Source: an uncultured Fidelibacterota bacterium (GTDB lineage Bacteria; Fidelibacterota; Marinisomatia; Marinisomatales; UBA1611). From it: a DNA stretch of 64,000 nucleotides. The notes under the pieces are model-generated. The model saw only the letters and a program-made list of their open reading frames with translations, did no database searches and had not been told where the DNA came from. The DNA lies in the NCBI GenBank assembly GCA_913040915.1, contig CAJWHW010000001.1, forward strand, positions 1 to 64,000, read 5' to 3'. Shown here in pieces: positions 37,259 to 48,204 of the stretch (within the stretch, counting starts at the first letter, position 1; each line of letters opens with the position of its first letter). The position numbers and the translations under genes are program-made.

Positions 37259-38247
37259 TAATGTAAATCCTCTAAAATCATCTGTTGAATTTTCATGGCG
37301 ACCTCTAAAGCATCCTTTCCTGCTTTGCCGCTCACAATAGGTGTTTCCTTCCCTTGAATTGATCTAACAAAATTTTCTAATTCCTTTTGAAGTGCATCAA
37401 CAGAATCTATCGGCGGTTTATTATAGGCAATGAATCGTTTATTCTCTTCGTAGTGAAAGGGTAAAATCATTAGTGCGTCTGGGTTTTTATCAGGTTCAGA
37501 CACGATATTATAAACTTCTGTGATTCCCAAGAGTAGATCAATTGTGGCATAGAGATCACGTTGGAATACTTTCAGTTTACGTACCTTATCTTTTGCTACG
37601 CGGCTAGACATGATGCTGGCTACAGTACCATTTCCAAAGCGTATCCTGGCATGAGCAATATCTACAGAACTAGTAAGGATTGAAAGCCCGCTAGCGCTAA
37701 TTGATTTGACAGGAGAATTAACAAGGGTTAATAAAATATCAATATCATGAATCATTAAATCCAATACAACAGGCACATCTGTTCCTCTGGCAGTGTAGGG
37801 CGCTAACCTCTGAATCTCGATAAATTTCGGATTTATATTATATGGATTTAAAGCCACAAGGGCAGGATTTAATCTTTCTATATGTCCAACTTGAATCATG
37901 ACTCCTTTTTCTTTTGCCAAAAGTATTAAACTCTCTGCCTCTTCAATAGTTGTGGTAATAGGTTTTTCAATAAATACATGTTTCCCAGCCATTATACATT
38001 TTTCTGCTATAATTGCATGAGTAGGAGTAGGTGTCACAATTGAAACTGCATCCACATCAGATAATAGTGATTCTAGATTGGGGTAAACATTGACGCTGTT
38101 TTTTTGGGCTATGGTATCAGCTCTTTTGAGATTTAAATCAAATATACCGATCAAATTTGTATCTGGGAGAGTGACAAAATGTTTAACATGGTGCTGTCCC
38201 AGATGCCCCACACCAATGACGCCAATGTTAACAGATTCATTTCTCAT
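37258..38247 (-). CDS. Gfo/Idh/MocA oxidoreductase, GnnA-like
   Basis: GVIGVGHLG, EKP, GHIERLNP, DLMIHDID; first gene of the lpxB operon. Confidence 0.82.
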   Translation of the reverse strand: MRNESVNIGVIGVGHLGQHHVKHFVTLPDTNLIGIFDLNLKRADTIAQKNSVNVYPNLESLLSDVDAVSIVTPTPTHAIIAEKCIMAGKHVFIEKPITTTIEEAESLILLAKEKGVMIQVGHIERLNPALVALNPYNINPKFIEIQRLAPYTARGTDVPVVLDLMIHDIDILLTLVNSPVKSISASGLSILTSSVDIAHARIRFGNGTVASIMSSRVAKDKVRKLKVFQRDLYATIDLLLGITEVYNIVSEPDKNPDALMILPFHYEENKRFIAYNKPPIDSVDALQKELENFVRSIQGKETPIVSGKAGKDALEVAMKIQQMILEDLH

Positions 38248-38387
38248 AGTATACTTAAAAGTTACGGAATCGTAATATTAGATTACATGGGAGAAAACGA
38301 ACGATTTTGGTAATTGGAAAAATCTTGCTTTTCTCAAGTACAAAGAGCAATTTTTGACCATAAACGAGGTATTAATGGAGTTCCAAT

Positions 38388-39053
38388 ATGGCTAACGACA
38401 TGAAATCCGGGATAGGGTTTATTATCCCAGCAGCCGGCGTCGTCGGCTTTTTTACATCTCTTCTCATGGGGGAATTTCTCCTGAGTATCATTATCGCTGT
38501 GGCCGGTATATTAGTTTGGTTTCTATACATGCTGGTTATGGAATCCCGCATCCCTGATCAAATGGGAAATATGATTTTGCTTTTTGGGGTAATGTTGGCT
38601 ATCGGAATCTTTTTTGGTTTTGGTATCAACCAAAATATGTGGGGAGGATTTGAATTTAGATCAGAGGGATCGATATTTTCGCTTGTGATTCTTTTTTTTG
38701 CAATACTTACTGGTCTTAACTTTCGGAACCAGTCTTCTTCGATAGCGACAGCAGATAGCGGACTCTCTGATGCTGATCGAGATTTAGTCATGAATGCAAT
38801 TAAGCAAACAGAATCTTCTAGTGAAACCACTGATGATCCACGGGTGATTGTTGTGAAACAGGAAGCACCTTTGGAAAAAACGGAGGAAAAACAAGAACGA
38901 AAGGAAACAAAACAGCCTGAGACTTATGATCCATATGCTATGACTAATAATCCTTATTTTGCTTATCCACCTGATTACTATTATGATGAAGAAGATGAAG
39001 AAGATGAAGACTATGAAGAAGATGAAGATTATGAAGAAGATGAAGATGAATAA
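38388..39053 (+). CDS. Hypothetical membrane protein (4 TM) with Tyr/acidic C-terminal tail
   Basis: GGAG Shine-Dalgarno; four hydrophobic segments; tail YAMTNNPYFAYPPDYYYDEEDEEDEDYEEDEDYEEDEDE. Confidence 0.75.
   Translation: MANDMKSGIGFIIPAAGVVGFFTSLLMGEFLLSIIIAVAGILVWFLYMLVMESRIPDQMGNMILLFGVMLAIGIFFGFGINQNMWGGFEFRSEGSIFSLVILFFAILTGLNFRNQSSSIATADSGLSDADRDLVMNAIKQTESSSETTDDPRVIVVKQEAPLEKTEEKQERKETKQPETYDPYAMTNNPYFAYPPDYYYDEEDEEDEDYEEDEDYEEDEDE
38997..39050 (+). repeat. Coding tandem repeat, 3 x 18 bp (GAAGAAGATGAAGAYTAT)
   Basis: Units at 38997, 39015 and 39033 (last one degenerate) encode EEDEDY. Confidence 0.8.
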
Positions 39054-39074
39054 ATTCCATAATCCATAAAAAAT

Positions 39075-39101
39075 AAAAGGGCAGAATTACTGCCCTTTTT
39101 T
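39075..39101. terminator. Bidirectional intrinsic terminator
   Basis: Perfect AAAAGGGCAG-AATTA-CTGCCCTTTT hairpin with A/T tracts between convergent genes. Confidence 0.85.
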
Positions 39102-39110
39102 ATTACAATT

Positions 39111-40211
39111 TTAAACATTAAATCTGAAATATATACAATCACCGTCCTGTACTATGTATTTTTTACCTTCTTGCCTTATTAAACCTAAATTCGATAATGT
39201 TGTTTCCGACCCATGTTTGATCATATCATCATAATTAAAAACTTCAGCTTTAATGAATCCTCGCTCAAAATCAGTGTGGATTACACCCGCAGCTTTTGGC
39301 GCTGTAGATCCATTGGGAATTGTCCAGGCCCTGACTTGTCTTTTACCACAAGTAAAGAATGTATGTAGTCCCAGTAATTGAAATCCTGCACGGATTACTT
39401 TATGTAACCCAGGCTCTGAAAGTTGGTACTCCTGAAGGAATAGGACTTTCTCTTTATCCGGAAAGACTGCAATTTCTTGTTCAATAGACGCACAAATATC
39501 AATGGCTGAATTTCCTTCTCTATTAGCAAATTCATATAAGGCCTGAACATGTTTGTTTGTTTTTGTATGCATGATTTCAGCTTCTGCGACATTCGCAACA
39601 TAAAGGATAGGCTTGCTCGTTAAAAGATGAATTGAACGAAATATTTTTTTTTCATCCTGGTTCACGGGCAGTGTTCGAGCACGATTTCCATTATTACAAT
39701 GAGTTAATAATCGATTTAACAAATCTAATTCGTTTTTACTAGCCTTATCTCCTGTTTTAGCCCTTTTTATAGTTTTTTGATACCTCTTTTCTAGCGTTTC
39801 TATATCTGCCAACAATAACTCTGTTTCAATAGTTTTCGCATCACGGATTGGATCGATCTCTCCATCCACATGAGTAATATTTTTATCTTCGAAACAGCGT
39901 ACCACATGAATTATAGCAGTAGTTTGCCTAATTTGTCCCAAAAACTGATTGCCTAATCCCTCTCCCTTACTTGCCCCTTTTACTAAACCAGCAATATCCG
40001 TGAATTCAATAGTGGCCGGAATAATTTGTTTTGGATTATAAATTTTACCCAGCTCCTTTAATCTTGGATCGGGCAATGCTACAATTCCTATATGAGGTTC
40101 AATAGTGCAGAAAGGATAATTTTCTGCTGGAGTATTTGATGCTGTTAGTGCATTAAATAGGGTTGACTTACCTACATTGGGCAGTCCTATTATTCCACAT
40201 TGAAGGGACAT
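39111..40211 (-). CDS. ychF: Redox-regulated ATPase YchF
   Basis: GLPNVGKSTLFNALT, NYPFCTIEP, DIAGLVKGAS.GEGLGN.FL, IHTDFERGFI. Confidence 0.96.
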   Translation of the reverse strand: MSLQCGIIGLPNVGKSTLFNALTASNTPAENYPFCTIEPHIGIVALPDPRLKELGKIYNPKQIIPATIEFTDIAGLVKGASKGEGLGNQFLGQIRQTTAIIHVVRCFEDKNITHVDGEIDPIRDAKTIETELLLADIETLEKRYQKTIKRAKTGDKASKNELDLLNRLLTHCNNGNRARTLPVNQDEKKIFRSIHLLTSKPILYVANVAEAEIMHTKTNKHVQALYEFANREGNSAIDICASIEQEIAVFPDKEKVLFLQEYQLSEPGLHKVIRAGFQLLGLHTFFTCGKRQVRAWTIPNGSTAPKAAGVIHTDFERGFIKAEVFNYDDMIKHGSETTLSNLGLIRQEGKKYIVQDGDCIYFRFNV

Positions 40212-40274
40212 AGATTATTTTGAATTAATTTTATAAAAAATAATTAATAAACCAGGGGATTATACAATCTTTAA

Positions 40275-40826
40275 TTAAAAAGAATCTAATGATGGATCCT
40301 CGCCAAAATTATAAGTAAGATTATCAAATAAACCGACTTGGAGATTTTTTGCAAAATAGATTATTCTATCTTGGCTGGTACTTAATTCCCCATCTGCCCA
40401 GACCATATATTTACCATGACGATTTAATAATTTTTTGATATCAATTTTATAGGTCACTATGTCATGGTAAGGACGGACCTGTCCTTTAAATTTTAAATCT
40501 CCAACTCCTAATGCACGCCCTCGACCTTGTCCGCCAATCCAGGATAAAAAGAATCCTACTAATTGCCACATTCCATCCAAGCCTAAACAACCGGGCATTA
40601 CTGGATCTCCTTTAAAGTGGCAGTGAAAAAACCAAAGTTCCTCTGAAATATCTAATTCTGCAGTAATGTGACCTTTACCATATTTCCCTTTATCATCATT
40701 TATTTCAGTAATACGATCCATCATGAGCATAGGAGGCAATGGCAGTTTACCATTTTCCATCCCACCCAGAGTACCTTCACCGCTTTGAATCAGCTCTTTT
40801 TTTGTATAACTATTTTTTTTTATCAT
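40275..40826 (-). CDS. fabA: 3-hydroxyacyl-ACP dehydratase/isomerase FabA; start moved to ATG 40826
   Basis: LPLPPMLMMDRI, WFFHCHFKGDPVMPGCLGLDGMWQLVGF (FabA-type Asp), GRALGVG..KF.GQV. Confidence 0.92.
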   Translation of the reverse strand: MIKKNSYTKKELIQSGEGTLGGMENGKLPLPPMLMMDRITEINDDKGKYGKGHITAELDISEELWFFHCHFKGDPVMPGCLGLDGMWQLVGFFLSWIGGQGRGRALGVGDLKFKGQVRPYHDIVTYKIDIKKLLNRHGKYMVWADGELSTSQDRIIYFAKNLQVGLFDNLTYNFGEDPSLDSF

Positions 40827-40954
40827 TATTCGAATATTTTCCTGCTTTTTTGGATAGAAGAGAGTACAAATAATTTTAGATGAATAGAACCCACATTTCA
40901 CACTTAACTTTCAATAATAGCAGGTAAATTGTTGACTAAATTTTGGAGACATAT

Positions 40955-41737
40955 ATGCACGAATGGGTTTTATTACTGGGTGGATCAACTGGACACGGTG
41001 CTGCCACTGCAAAGCGCTTAGCAAAAGATGGTTATGGAATCATCGCATTTCATTTTGATCGAGGTGAAGCGAAAAAAATCGCAGAGGAAACAATTAATGA
41101 GGTAAACGAACTCACAAAGGGTTACTGTCATTATTTTAACACAAATGCTGCAGCTCCAGAAACAATTGAAAAATATTTACCCCAAATCAAAGAAATCACT
41201 AGGAATAAACCATTAAAATTATTACTCCATTCGATCGCTTTCGGGACAACAACAAATTTTTTTGGGAAAAAACCTGTTACTCAGCGTCAAATGGATATGA
41301 CTGTACATGTCATGGGTAATTCTATTCTATACTGGACACAGCAATTATACAATCAGGCATTACTGGAAAAAGGCTCACGGGTGATTGGATTAACAAGTGA
41401 AGGAAACTATGTTGCAATGGAAGGTTACGGTCCTGTAAGTGTTGCGAAAGTTGCCATGGAAGCGATCATTAGGCAAATTGGATGGGAACTTGGACAATAT
41501 GGTATTACAGCGAATGCTGTCCAGGCAGGTGTAACCCCCACTCGTGCATTAACAAAAATAACAGAAGGTTGGGAAACTTGGGTGGAGAATACAAAAAAAC
41601 GAAACCCAATGCGTAGAACAACAACTCCAGAAGATGTAGCAGGCACAATATCCATGTTATTAAAGCCTGAAGCTGATTTTATTAATTGTTCTATTATATA
41701 TTGTGATGGCGGTGAGAGTCGATCTGGGTCATTTTAA
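40955..41737 (+). CDS. SDR-family enoyl-ACP reductase-like (FabL-like); probable start ATG 40955
   Basis: GGSTGHG, Y-x6-K catalytic motif (YGPVSVAK), T.AL; GGAGA SD before ATG 40955; divergent from fabA. Confidence 0.72.
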   Translation: MHEWVLLLGGSTGHGAATAKRLAKDGYGIIAFHFDRGEAKKIAEETINEVNELTKGYCHYFNTNAAAPETIEKYLPQIKEITRNKPLKLLLHSIAFGTTTNFFGKKPVTQRQMDMTVHVMGNSILYWTQQLYNQALLEKGSRVIGLTSEGNYVAMEGYGPVSVAKVAMEAIIRQIGWELGQYGITANAVQAGVTPTRALTKITEGWETWVENTKKRNPMRRTTTPEDVAGTISMLLKPEADFINCSIIYCDGGESRSGSF

Positions 41738-41835
41738 CAACAAAAATTGCAGTTAGAAAATCCGGGTAGACTGGTGCTTATATATTACTATAAGTGGTAA
41801 TTACAAAATGTAATAATTAGAAGCGAAACGAAAGA

Positions 41836-42216
41836 CTAAGAATCTGTGTCTTGGGCTAATTTTGTTTCAATTAATCCAACGAGATCATGACTGTCTTTAC
41901 CAGGGGCAATATCAAAACTTCGTTTTGCTTCATTGAGTGCATACTCCCACCAACCTTTTTTTGTATATGCTATGGCTAGCTTGAAATGTGCATTACCCAG
42001 GATTTTAAATTCATCTCTGGTCAATTGACTTTGATCTCCTGAGAAAAGCCTTGCAACTTCACGATATTCCATAATGGCTTCATCAATGAGACCTTTTTGT
42101 AAATACCAATTTCCAAGATTTAGATGCCGTGAAGGATCTTCCTGGCAAGCATTAATAAATAGCGCAAGACAGGCAGGAAGAATTATTCTAACATGACGGG
42201 AAATTAAATGAATCAT
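41836..42216 (-). CDS. Small TPR lipoprotein
   Basis: Lipobox-like FINA-C; HLNLGNWYLQKGLIDEAI, AHFKLAIAY. Confidence 0.7.
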   Translation of the reverse strand: MIHLISRHVRIILPACLALFINACQEDPSRHLNLGNWYLQKGLIDEAIMEYREVARLFSGDQSQLTRDEFKILGNAHFKLAIAYTKKGWWEYALNEAKRSFDIAPGKDSHDLVGLIETKLAQDTDS

Positions 42217-42253
42217 AATTGATCAGGAATTTTTAGCTCTACCTTGTAGAAAA

Positions 42254-43543
42254 TCAAGTAGAAAATCTATCCAAATAAATTAGTTGATTTTTATCATGGT
42301 TTGGATCTTTAACTAGAAACTGAAGTAATATTATCCCAATAAATAAACTACTACCTAAAATTGCTAATGCAGTTTCGTATTGTCCAAATTGAATCAAATA
42401 ACCAATTCCCACAATATAAGCTAAAACAAATGGAGCCAATAGTGTATCCACCAGACCCATATAAATTTTGGTATCTCTATTTTCAGCAAAATCATAAATT
42501 AAATTCATTGCGGAAGGCATAAATGCACCTTGTCCAATACCAATGAATATAAATATACCATATACCCATATCATATTTTGAGCAAAGATGGCAAGAATTA
42601 CAGCTAAAAAATGGCCCAAATATGCAACCATCATCGCGGATTTATGGCCATATTCATCACCTAATTTTCCTGCAAGAAAACTGGCCAAGGACGCTGCCAA
42701 AACATTTAAAATAGTGAAAACTCCAGCCTCACTAATATCAAATTCAAAACGATCTTGGCAATAAACAGCGTAAAGACCCATTCCTGGTAAACAAGCTGTA
42801 TAAAATATTCTGGACAAAATATAATTTTGAAAATTTTGATGTTTCAAAATAATGATAAAGGTTTCCTGAATAAAATTTCGCACCGTTTTATAGGATTTAT
42901 TGATTTTTTTCGACTTAACTCGAAAAGGAATAAAAAGAATTGTTCCAATGGTGAGGGATATAAATAAAGTCATAAATCCAATACCAAAATTTTGTGGAAA
43001 ATGAATATTACTATTTAATAGATATCGCAATGCAAATCCACCAATGAAACTTCCTATACTATGAAAAGCAAATCCTAGACCAAAAAATTTTCCACGTTCA
43101 GATTTAAGAGTGCTTTGATTTAAGAAGTCAGCCCAGATTGGCACAACAATTCCAATGGAAAAAGCATAAATTAAAAAATAAAAAAAATAAATTTTCCAAG
43201 CAATTGTAGCCGTATCCAGAACACTAAAACAAAAAGTATAACCCATGGCGAAAGTCACAATTAAAATAAAACCATGTGCTAAAATAACAGCTTTTTTTAT
43301 ATTAATAATGTTACGTCCTATTGCAGCAATAAAAAGCATTGGAATTGCTATCAGTAAACTAAATATTCCTGGTGTTGAGACGATTAAACTTTCAGGTGCA
43401 CCCAGTTCTCTTAAAAATAATGGCACTATAGCGTAAATAGTATGGAATGCCAATCCAAAACCCCAGAAAAATTCGTGAGCTAAATTATATTTTAAATTAT
43501 GTTGATGGTCGCTTGATGTGAATTCAGGCATTGGTTTTTTCAT
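42254..43543 (-). CDS. MFS transporter
   Basis: About 12 TM segments; GKLGDEYGHK motif A; ERGKFFG. Confidence 0.85.
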   Translation of the reverse strand: MKKPMPEFTSSDHQHNLKYNLAHEFFWGFGLAFHTIYAIVPLFLRELGAPESLIVSTPGIFSLLIAIPMLFIAAIGRNIINIKKAVILAHGFILIVTFAMGYTFCFSVLDTATIAWKIYFFYFLIYAFSIGIVVPIWADFLNQSTLKSERGKFFGLGFAFHSIGSFIGGFALRYLLNSNIHFPQNFGIGFMTLFISLTIGTILFIPFRVKSKKINKSYKTVRNFIQETFIIILKHQNFQNYILSRIFYTACLPGMGLYAVYCQDRFEFDISEAGVFTILNVLAASLASFLAGKLGDEYGHKSAMMVAYLGHFLAVILAIFAQNMIWVYGIFIFIGIGQGAFMPSAMNLIYDFAENRDTKIYMGLVDTLLAPFVLAYIVGIGYLIQFGQYETALAILGSSLFIGIILLQFLVKDPNHDKNQLIYLDRFST

Positions 43544-44420
43544 GAGTAAGAAGGACTATAGAGCCAAGGAGCAAACCTGCACCAATTAACTGGGATAAAC
43601 TGAGCAATTTATCAAAAATGGCCCAATCAAGAATAACAGCAGAAAGAGGCCACATGAGTTCATACAACGTAGTATGAGAAGCTGGGAGATATTTAAGGCC
43701 ATAATAATAAATGAAAAGAGCACCACCGCCAGTAGAGATAACTATTATAAGTAAATTTCTCCATTGACTAATCGTCAGGTCTAAAGTGATTTGATCTCCG
43801 ATAGTAGAAGTTAAAATAATCAATGCTACTACTGCAGTTACAGTAAGCCTCAAAGCAGTAACTGCTGTAAAAGGTAGCTGACTTAATGCGTGTTTGCCTA
43901 ATACAGTTGAACTGCCCCAACTAAAAGCAGCTAAAGTTGCTAATAGTGCCGCAATACTTGTTTTCTCTTCCCAATCACTTATTGTATTAGTACCAAAGGT
44001 AACAAGATACCCACCAAACATAGCAACCAGAGCAAGACCAATAAAACGCTGAGATAATTTTTCCTTTAAAATTATAGAGGCTAGAGAAATAGCAAACAAA
44101 GGTTGAAGTTTTTGAAGCAGAACCACCACTGAAAGATTTATATAATTCACATAGCTTAAAGCTTTGGTGTAGAAGAATGTACCAAGAATCCCTCCACATA
44201 CTGAGATCCATAGAATAGAAAGCCATCCTCTCTGCCCCAATGTTTTTATTTCCGGCAAGGCCTTAATAAGAAATGGTAAAAATAACAGGGCTCCTAAAAA
44301 ATGTTCTAAGGTTACAATTAAAAAAGAAGATACAGAGTAGAGTTCTTGTCTTAGTAATCCATCAACGCTCCAAAGTAAGGCAGCAAAGATGACGGCCAAC
44401 GGAGGAAGTATTTTTCGCAT
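43524..44420 (-). CDS. DMT/EamA family transporter
   Basis: About 10 TM segments in two repeats; LQPLF...ILKEK. Confidence 0.85.
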   Translation of the reverse strand: MRKILPPLAVIFAALLWSVDGLLRQELYSVSSFLIVTLEHFLGALLFLPFLIKALPEIKTLGQRGWLSILWISVCGGILGTFFYTKALSYVNYINLSVVVLLQKLQPLFAISLASIILKEKLSQRFIGLALVAMFGGYLVTFGTNTISDWEEKTSIAALLATLAAFSWGSSTVLGKHALSQLPFTAVTALRLTVTAVVALIILTSTIGDQITLDLTISQWRNLLIIVISTGGGALFIYYYGLKYLPASHTTLYELMWPLSAVILDWAIFDKLLSLSQLIGAGLLLGSIVLLTHEKTNA

Positions 44421-44655
44421 TATTAAAATTAGGATTAAAATTGACTGGAATGTTGAGATTATTCCATTAGCATGTTATAGTACAATAAATAAAAGTATTA
44501 TATCTACCTTTTTCATTTGAGGAAAATTAATTCCAAAAAGGAGAAACTGATTTTTCATATACTGCGCCATTTGAATTGCATTATCCTCATTTGCATTATG
44601 TTTAAGTAGTTATGTGAGCTGATCAATATGCAATAGATCAGTTGGCATTTTATTT

Positions 44656-45210
44656 TCAAGCCTGTCCGCCGATGCCCATGGATGGGCCAAGATCTATTCC
44701 TAATGAACCTGCTGCCTGCTGCCACATTTGTCCTGGTTGTACATTAAAAACAAAATCTGGAGTAGTTGATTGCATAAGCCAATCCCCATTTTCAATCTCA
44801 CGTTCTAATTGTCCAGGAGACCAACCGGAGTGTCCAAGCATTAATTTAAATAAAATGTCCGGTTTATTTTGTAGTTCTCTTAAAACATATTTTTGGGATG
44901 TCATAGAAAATTCCTTGGAGAGGCGTATGGTTCCATTGACCTTGTATTCTGCACTATGGAGGACAATTCCTCGTTCAAGTAATACTGGACCGCCAAAGAA
45001 AACTTCGCTTACAAGTGAATTAATGCTATCATCTCCAATATATAATTTTTCAAAAATATCAATCAGATCTGGCTCTTTAAACTGCTTATTAATAATAATA
45101 CCCATTGCGCCCTCTTTATTATGTTCACAAATGTAAATTACAGATTTAGAAAAATATGGATCAGACATATGAGGCATGGAGATAAGGATTTGGTTTTTTA
45201 GAGATCCCAT
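44656..45210 (-). CDS. YqgE/AlgH family protein
   Basis: DPYFSKSVIYICEH..EGAMGIIIN, GGPV, LGHSGWSPGQLE.E. Confidence 0.92.
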   Translation of the reverse strand: MGSLKNQILISMPHMSDPYFSKSVIYICEHNKEGAMGIIINKQFKEPDLIDIFEKLYIGDDSINSLVSEVFFGGPVLLERGIVLHSAEYKVNGTIRLSKEFSMTSQKYVLRELQNKPDILFKLMLGHSGWSPGQLEREIENGDWLMQSTTPDFVFNVQPGQMWQQAAGSLGIDLGPSMGIGGQA

Positions 45211-45215
45211 GTCTC

Positions 45216-45244
45216 AACCTAACGAATCTGATAACCTGAGTCAA
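45216..45244 (-). promoter_or_regulatory. Sigma70-like promoter 5 nt upstream of the ATG (leaderless-type)
   Basis: TTGACT-17 nt-TAGGTT-5 nt-ATG(45210). Confidence 0.55.
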
Positions 45245-45360
45245 GTAAATGCATCAGTAGACTCCTTTGAAGAAATGTAAATGATCTTTGGGGCTAAAGA
45301 TCAAATTTCTGTAAATTTTACGATGCTCGAAATTTCTACAAATTTAAATGTCTAAATGTT

Positions 45361-48204
45361 ATGTCAACTCGAATAAATAAGATCATTGTTAAGGGCGCTC
45401 GCCAACATAACTTAAAAAATATCAATATAGAAATTCCTAGAGATAAACTAGTAGTTATTACGGGTCTTTCCGGATCAGGAAAATCATCTCTGGCTTTTGA
45501 TACGATCTATGCAGAGGGTCAAAGGCGATATGTTGAATCTCTTTCTTCCTATGCCCGGCAATTCTTGGGTCTCATGGAAAAACCTGATATGGATGCCATC
45601 GAAGGTTTATCGCCAGCAATTTCTATAGAACAAAAAGCAACAGCCCGAAATCCACGTTCAACAGTCGGCACTGTAACAGAAATTCATGATTATCTCAGAC
45701 TTTTATATGCCCATATTGGTAAACCACATTGTTGGGATTGTGGTAAGCGCATTCAAAAACAAACAGTACAGCAAATTGTAGATACTATAAGTAAGTTTAA
45801 GTCTGGCACCAAAATGCACATTCTTGCTCCGCTGGTTCGAGGTCGAAAAGGTCAGCACAAAGGAATTATTGAAGAAATCAAAAAGGATGGTTTTTTACGC
45901 GTTAGGGTCGATGGTAACATTATGACAGTAGATGATAAGATCATACTAAACAAAAATAAAAAACACACGATCGAAGTGGTTGTAGATCGTCTCATTATGA
46001 AAAAAGGAATCCATGATCGGCTTACAGAATCTATCGAATTAGCTTTAAAAATTGGCAAAGGGCTAATTATGGTAAATGAGTTACCAAATAAAAAACATTT
46101 ATTTTCAGAGCATTTTGCATGTCCGGATTGTGAGCTATCTATGGAAGAGTTGGTGCCAAGGATGTTTTCCTTTAATTCACCCTATGGTGCATGCTCAAAA
46201 TGTGATGGTCTCGGATCCCATATGGAAGTGGACCCAAATCTTGTTGTACCCGATAAATCTAAAAGTTTAATTCAGGGAGCTATTGCTCCGTTAGGGGAAC
46301 AGCCTCGCGGAAATTGGTACGGCAGTATTCTGAAGAGTTTATCACGCCATTATAATTTTAATTTTACGACACCTTGGATTAAAATGAATAAGGACATACG
46401 GCAAGTTTTACTGTACGGTACCGGAGATCATAAGTTTAAAATGCAGTATAACTCTGAGCGATGGAGTGGTACTTATACAGGAGGTTGGGAGGGAGCAATC
46501 AATAATTTAATGCGGCGATATACTCAAACTAAATCAACGGGAATTCAAGAATGGATCGAGCAATTTATGAGTATGCGACCTTGTTCTGATTGTGGTGGAG
46601 CAAGGCTAAAAAAAGAAATATTAAGTGTCAAAATTTATGATAAAGATATCGGTGATATTTCATCTATGTCTATTCAGGATTTGAGTGCTTTCTTTAGGCA
46701 ATTAAGCTTAACCAAAATGGAACAAGAAATTGCAAATCAAATTTTAAAAGAAGTTCAACAACGACTTTTATTTTTAGTCAATGTAGGTTTAAGCTATCTG
46801 ACATTAGATCGAGCTGCAGCAACTTTATCTGGCGGAGAAGCCCAACGAATTCGTCTTGCTACTCAAATTGGTTCTCAACTAATGGGGGTACTCTATATTT
46901 TGGATGAACCATCAATCGGTCTACATCCTCGAGATAATAATCGTCTCTTAAATACATTAAAGTCATTACGAGACATTGGTAATTCAATTCTTATAGTTGA
47001 GCATGATCAGGAAACAATTGAAGAAGCAGATTATGTGATAGATCTAGGCCCTGGTGCCGGCAAGTATGGTGGGGAAGTTACATTTGCGGGACCACCAAAT
47101 AGGCTAGTGAAATCTAAAAAGTCGTTAACTGGGCAATATATTTCAGGAAAAAAACAAATACAGTTGCCCAAAATTCGACGTACTTACGTTACCAATACAT
47201 TATCTTTGAAAGGTGCGTCTGGAAATAATTTAAAATCTATTAATGTTGATTTACCGTTGGGGCGGTTTATTGCTGTAACAGGTGTTTCAGGTAGTGGTAA
47301 AAGCACGCTAGTGAATGAAACATTATTCCCTCTTTTGTCCAAAGAATTGAATCGGGCCAGAGCTTATCCATTGGCCTATGATGAAATTGATGGTATTCAT
47401 TATTTAGATAAGGTAGTAAACATAGACCAAAAGCCCATCGGTCGTACCCCGCGATCAAACCCAGCTACATACACAGGTGTTTTCAACTTCATTCGTGATT
47501 TATTTGCTAAACTGCCTGAATCAAAAATTCGCGGGTATAAACCTGGTCGATTTTCGTTTAATGTAAAAGGTGGGCGTTGTGAATCTTGTGAAGGAGATGG
47601 TATTATTCGTATCGAAATGAATTTTCTCCCGGATGTTTATGTGACATGTGAAATCTGCAAGGGGAAACGATACAATCGAGAAACACTGGAGATAAAATAT
47701 AGAAGTAAGTCTATCGCAGAAGTATTGGAAATGCCTGTGTCAGAAGCATTAAAATTTTTTCAAAACATACCATCTATCCAGAAAAAACTTCAAACTTTAC
47801 ATGATGTCGGTTTAGGATATATTCATTTAGGACAACAGGCCACCACTCTTTCCGGCGGAGAGGCGCAAAGGGTAAAACTGGCCACAGAACTGTGCAGAAT
47901 ATCCAATGCAAAAACACTTTATATTTTGGATGAGCCCACTACTGGTTTACATTTTGAAGATATTAGAATGTTGCTGGATGTCTTGCAACGATTAGTGGAA
48001 CGAGGCAATACGGTGTTGGTAATTGAACATAATCTGGATGTCATAAAAACAGCTGATTGGATTATTGATCTTGGTCCCGAAGGCGGTGAAGGTGGAGGTG
48101 AAGTATTAGGAGCTGGTACTCCTGAAGCAATTGCACAGATAAAAAGTTCGCATACAGGAGTATTTTTAAAACAAATATTAAAAAAGAAACACCTTGCAGC
48201 ATGA
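45361..48204 (+). CDS. uvrA: Excinuclease ABC subunit A
   Basis: GARQHNLKN, two Walker A motifs ([16 protein letters not shown]), two LSGGEAQR signatures, Zn fingers. Confidence 0.98.
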   Translation: MSTRINKIIVKGARQHNLKNINIEIPRDKLVVITGLSGSGKSSLAFDTIYAEGQRRYVESLSSYARQFLGLMEKPDMDAIEGLSPAISIEQKATARNPRSTVGTVTEIHDYLRLLYAHIGKPHCWDCGKRIQKQTVQQIVDTISKFKSGTKMHILAPLVRGRKGQHKGIIEEIKKDGFLRVRVDGNIMTVDDKIILNKNKKHTIEVVVDRLIMKKGIHDRLTESIELALKIGKGLIMVNELPNKKHLFSEHFACPDCELSMEELVPRMFSFNSPYGACSKCDGLGSHMEVDPNLVVPDKSKSLIQGAIAPLGEQPRGNWYGSILKSLSRHYNFNFTTPWIKMNKDIRQVLLYGTGDHKFKMQYNSERWSGTYTGGWEGAINNLMRRYTQTKSTGIQEWIEQFMSMRPCSDCGGARLKKEILSVKIYDKDIGDISSMSIQDLSAFFRQLSLTKMEQEIANQILKEVQQRLLFLVNVGLSYLTLDRAAATLSGGEAQRIRLATQIGSQLMGVLYILDEPSIGLHPRDNNRLLNTLKSLRDIGNSILIVEHDQETIEEADYVIDLGPGAGKYGGEVTFAGPPNRLVKSKKSLTGQYISGKKQIQLPKIRRTYVTNTLSLKGASGNNLKSINVDLPLGRFIAVTGVSGSGKSTLVNETLFPLLSKELNRARAYPLAYDEIDGIHYLDKVVNIDQKPIGRTPRSNPATYTGVFNFIRDLFAKLPESKIRGYKPGRFSFNVKGGRCESCEGDGIIRIEMNFLPDVYVTCEICKGKRYNRETLEIKYRSKSIAEVLEMPVSEALKFFQNIPSIQKKLQTLHDVGLGYIHLGQQATTLSGGEAQRVKLATELCRISNAKTLYILDEPTTGLHFEDIRMLLDVLQRLVERGNTVLVIEHNLDVIKTADWIIDLGPEGGEGGGEVLGAGTPEAIAQIKSSHTGVFLKQILKKKHLAA

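Noticed and set aside
27325..38371. Identical 11-mer TAAACGAGGTA in two leaders (27325 and 38361)
   Set aside because: About one such match is expected by chance across the intergenic DNA; no third copy seen.
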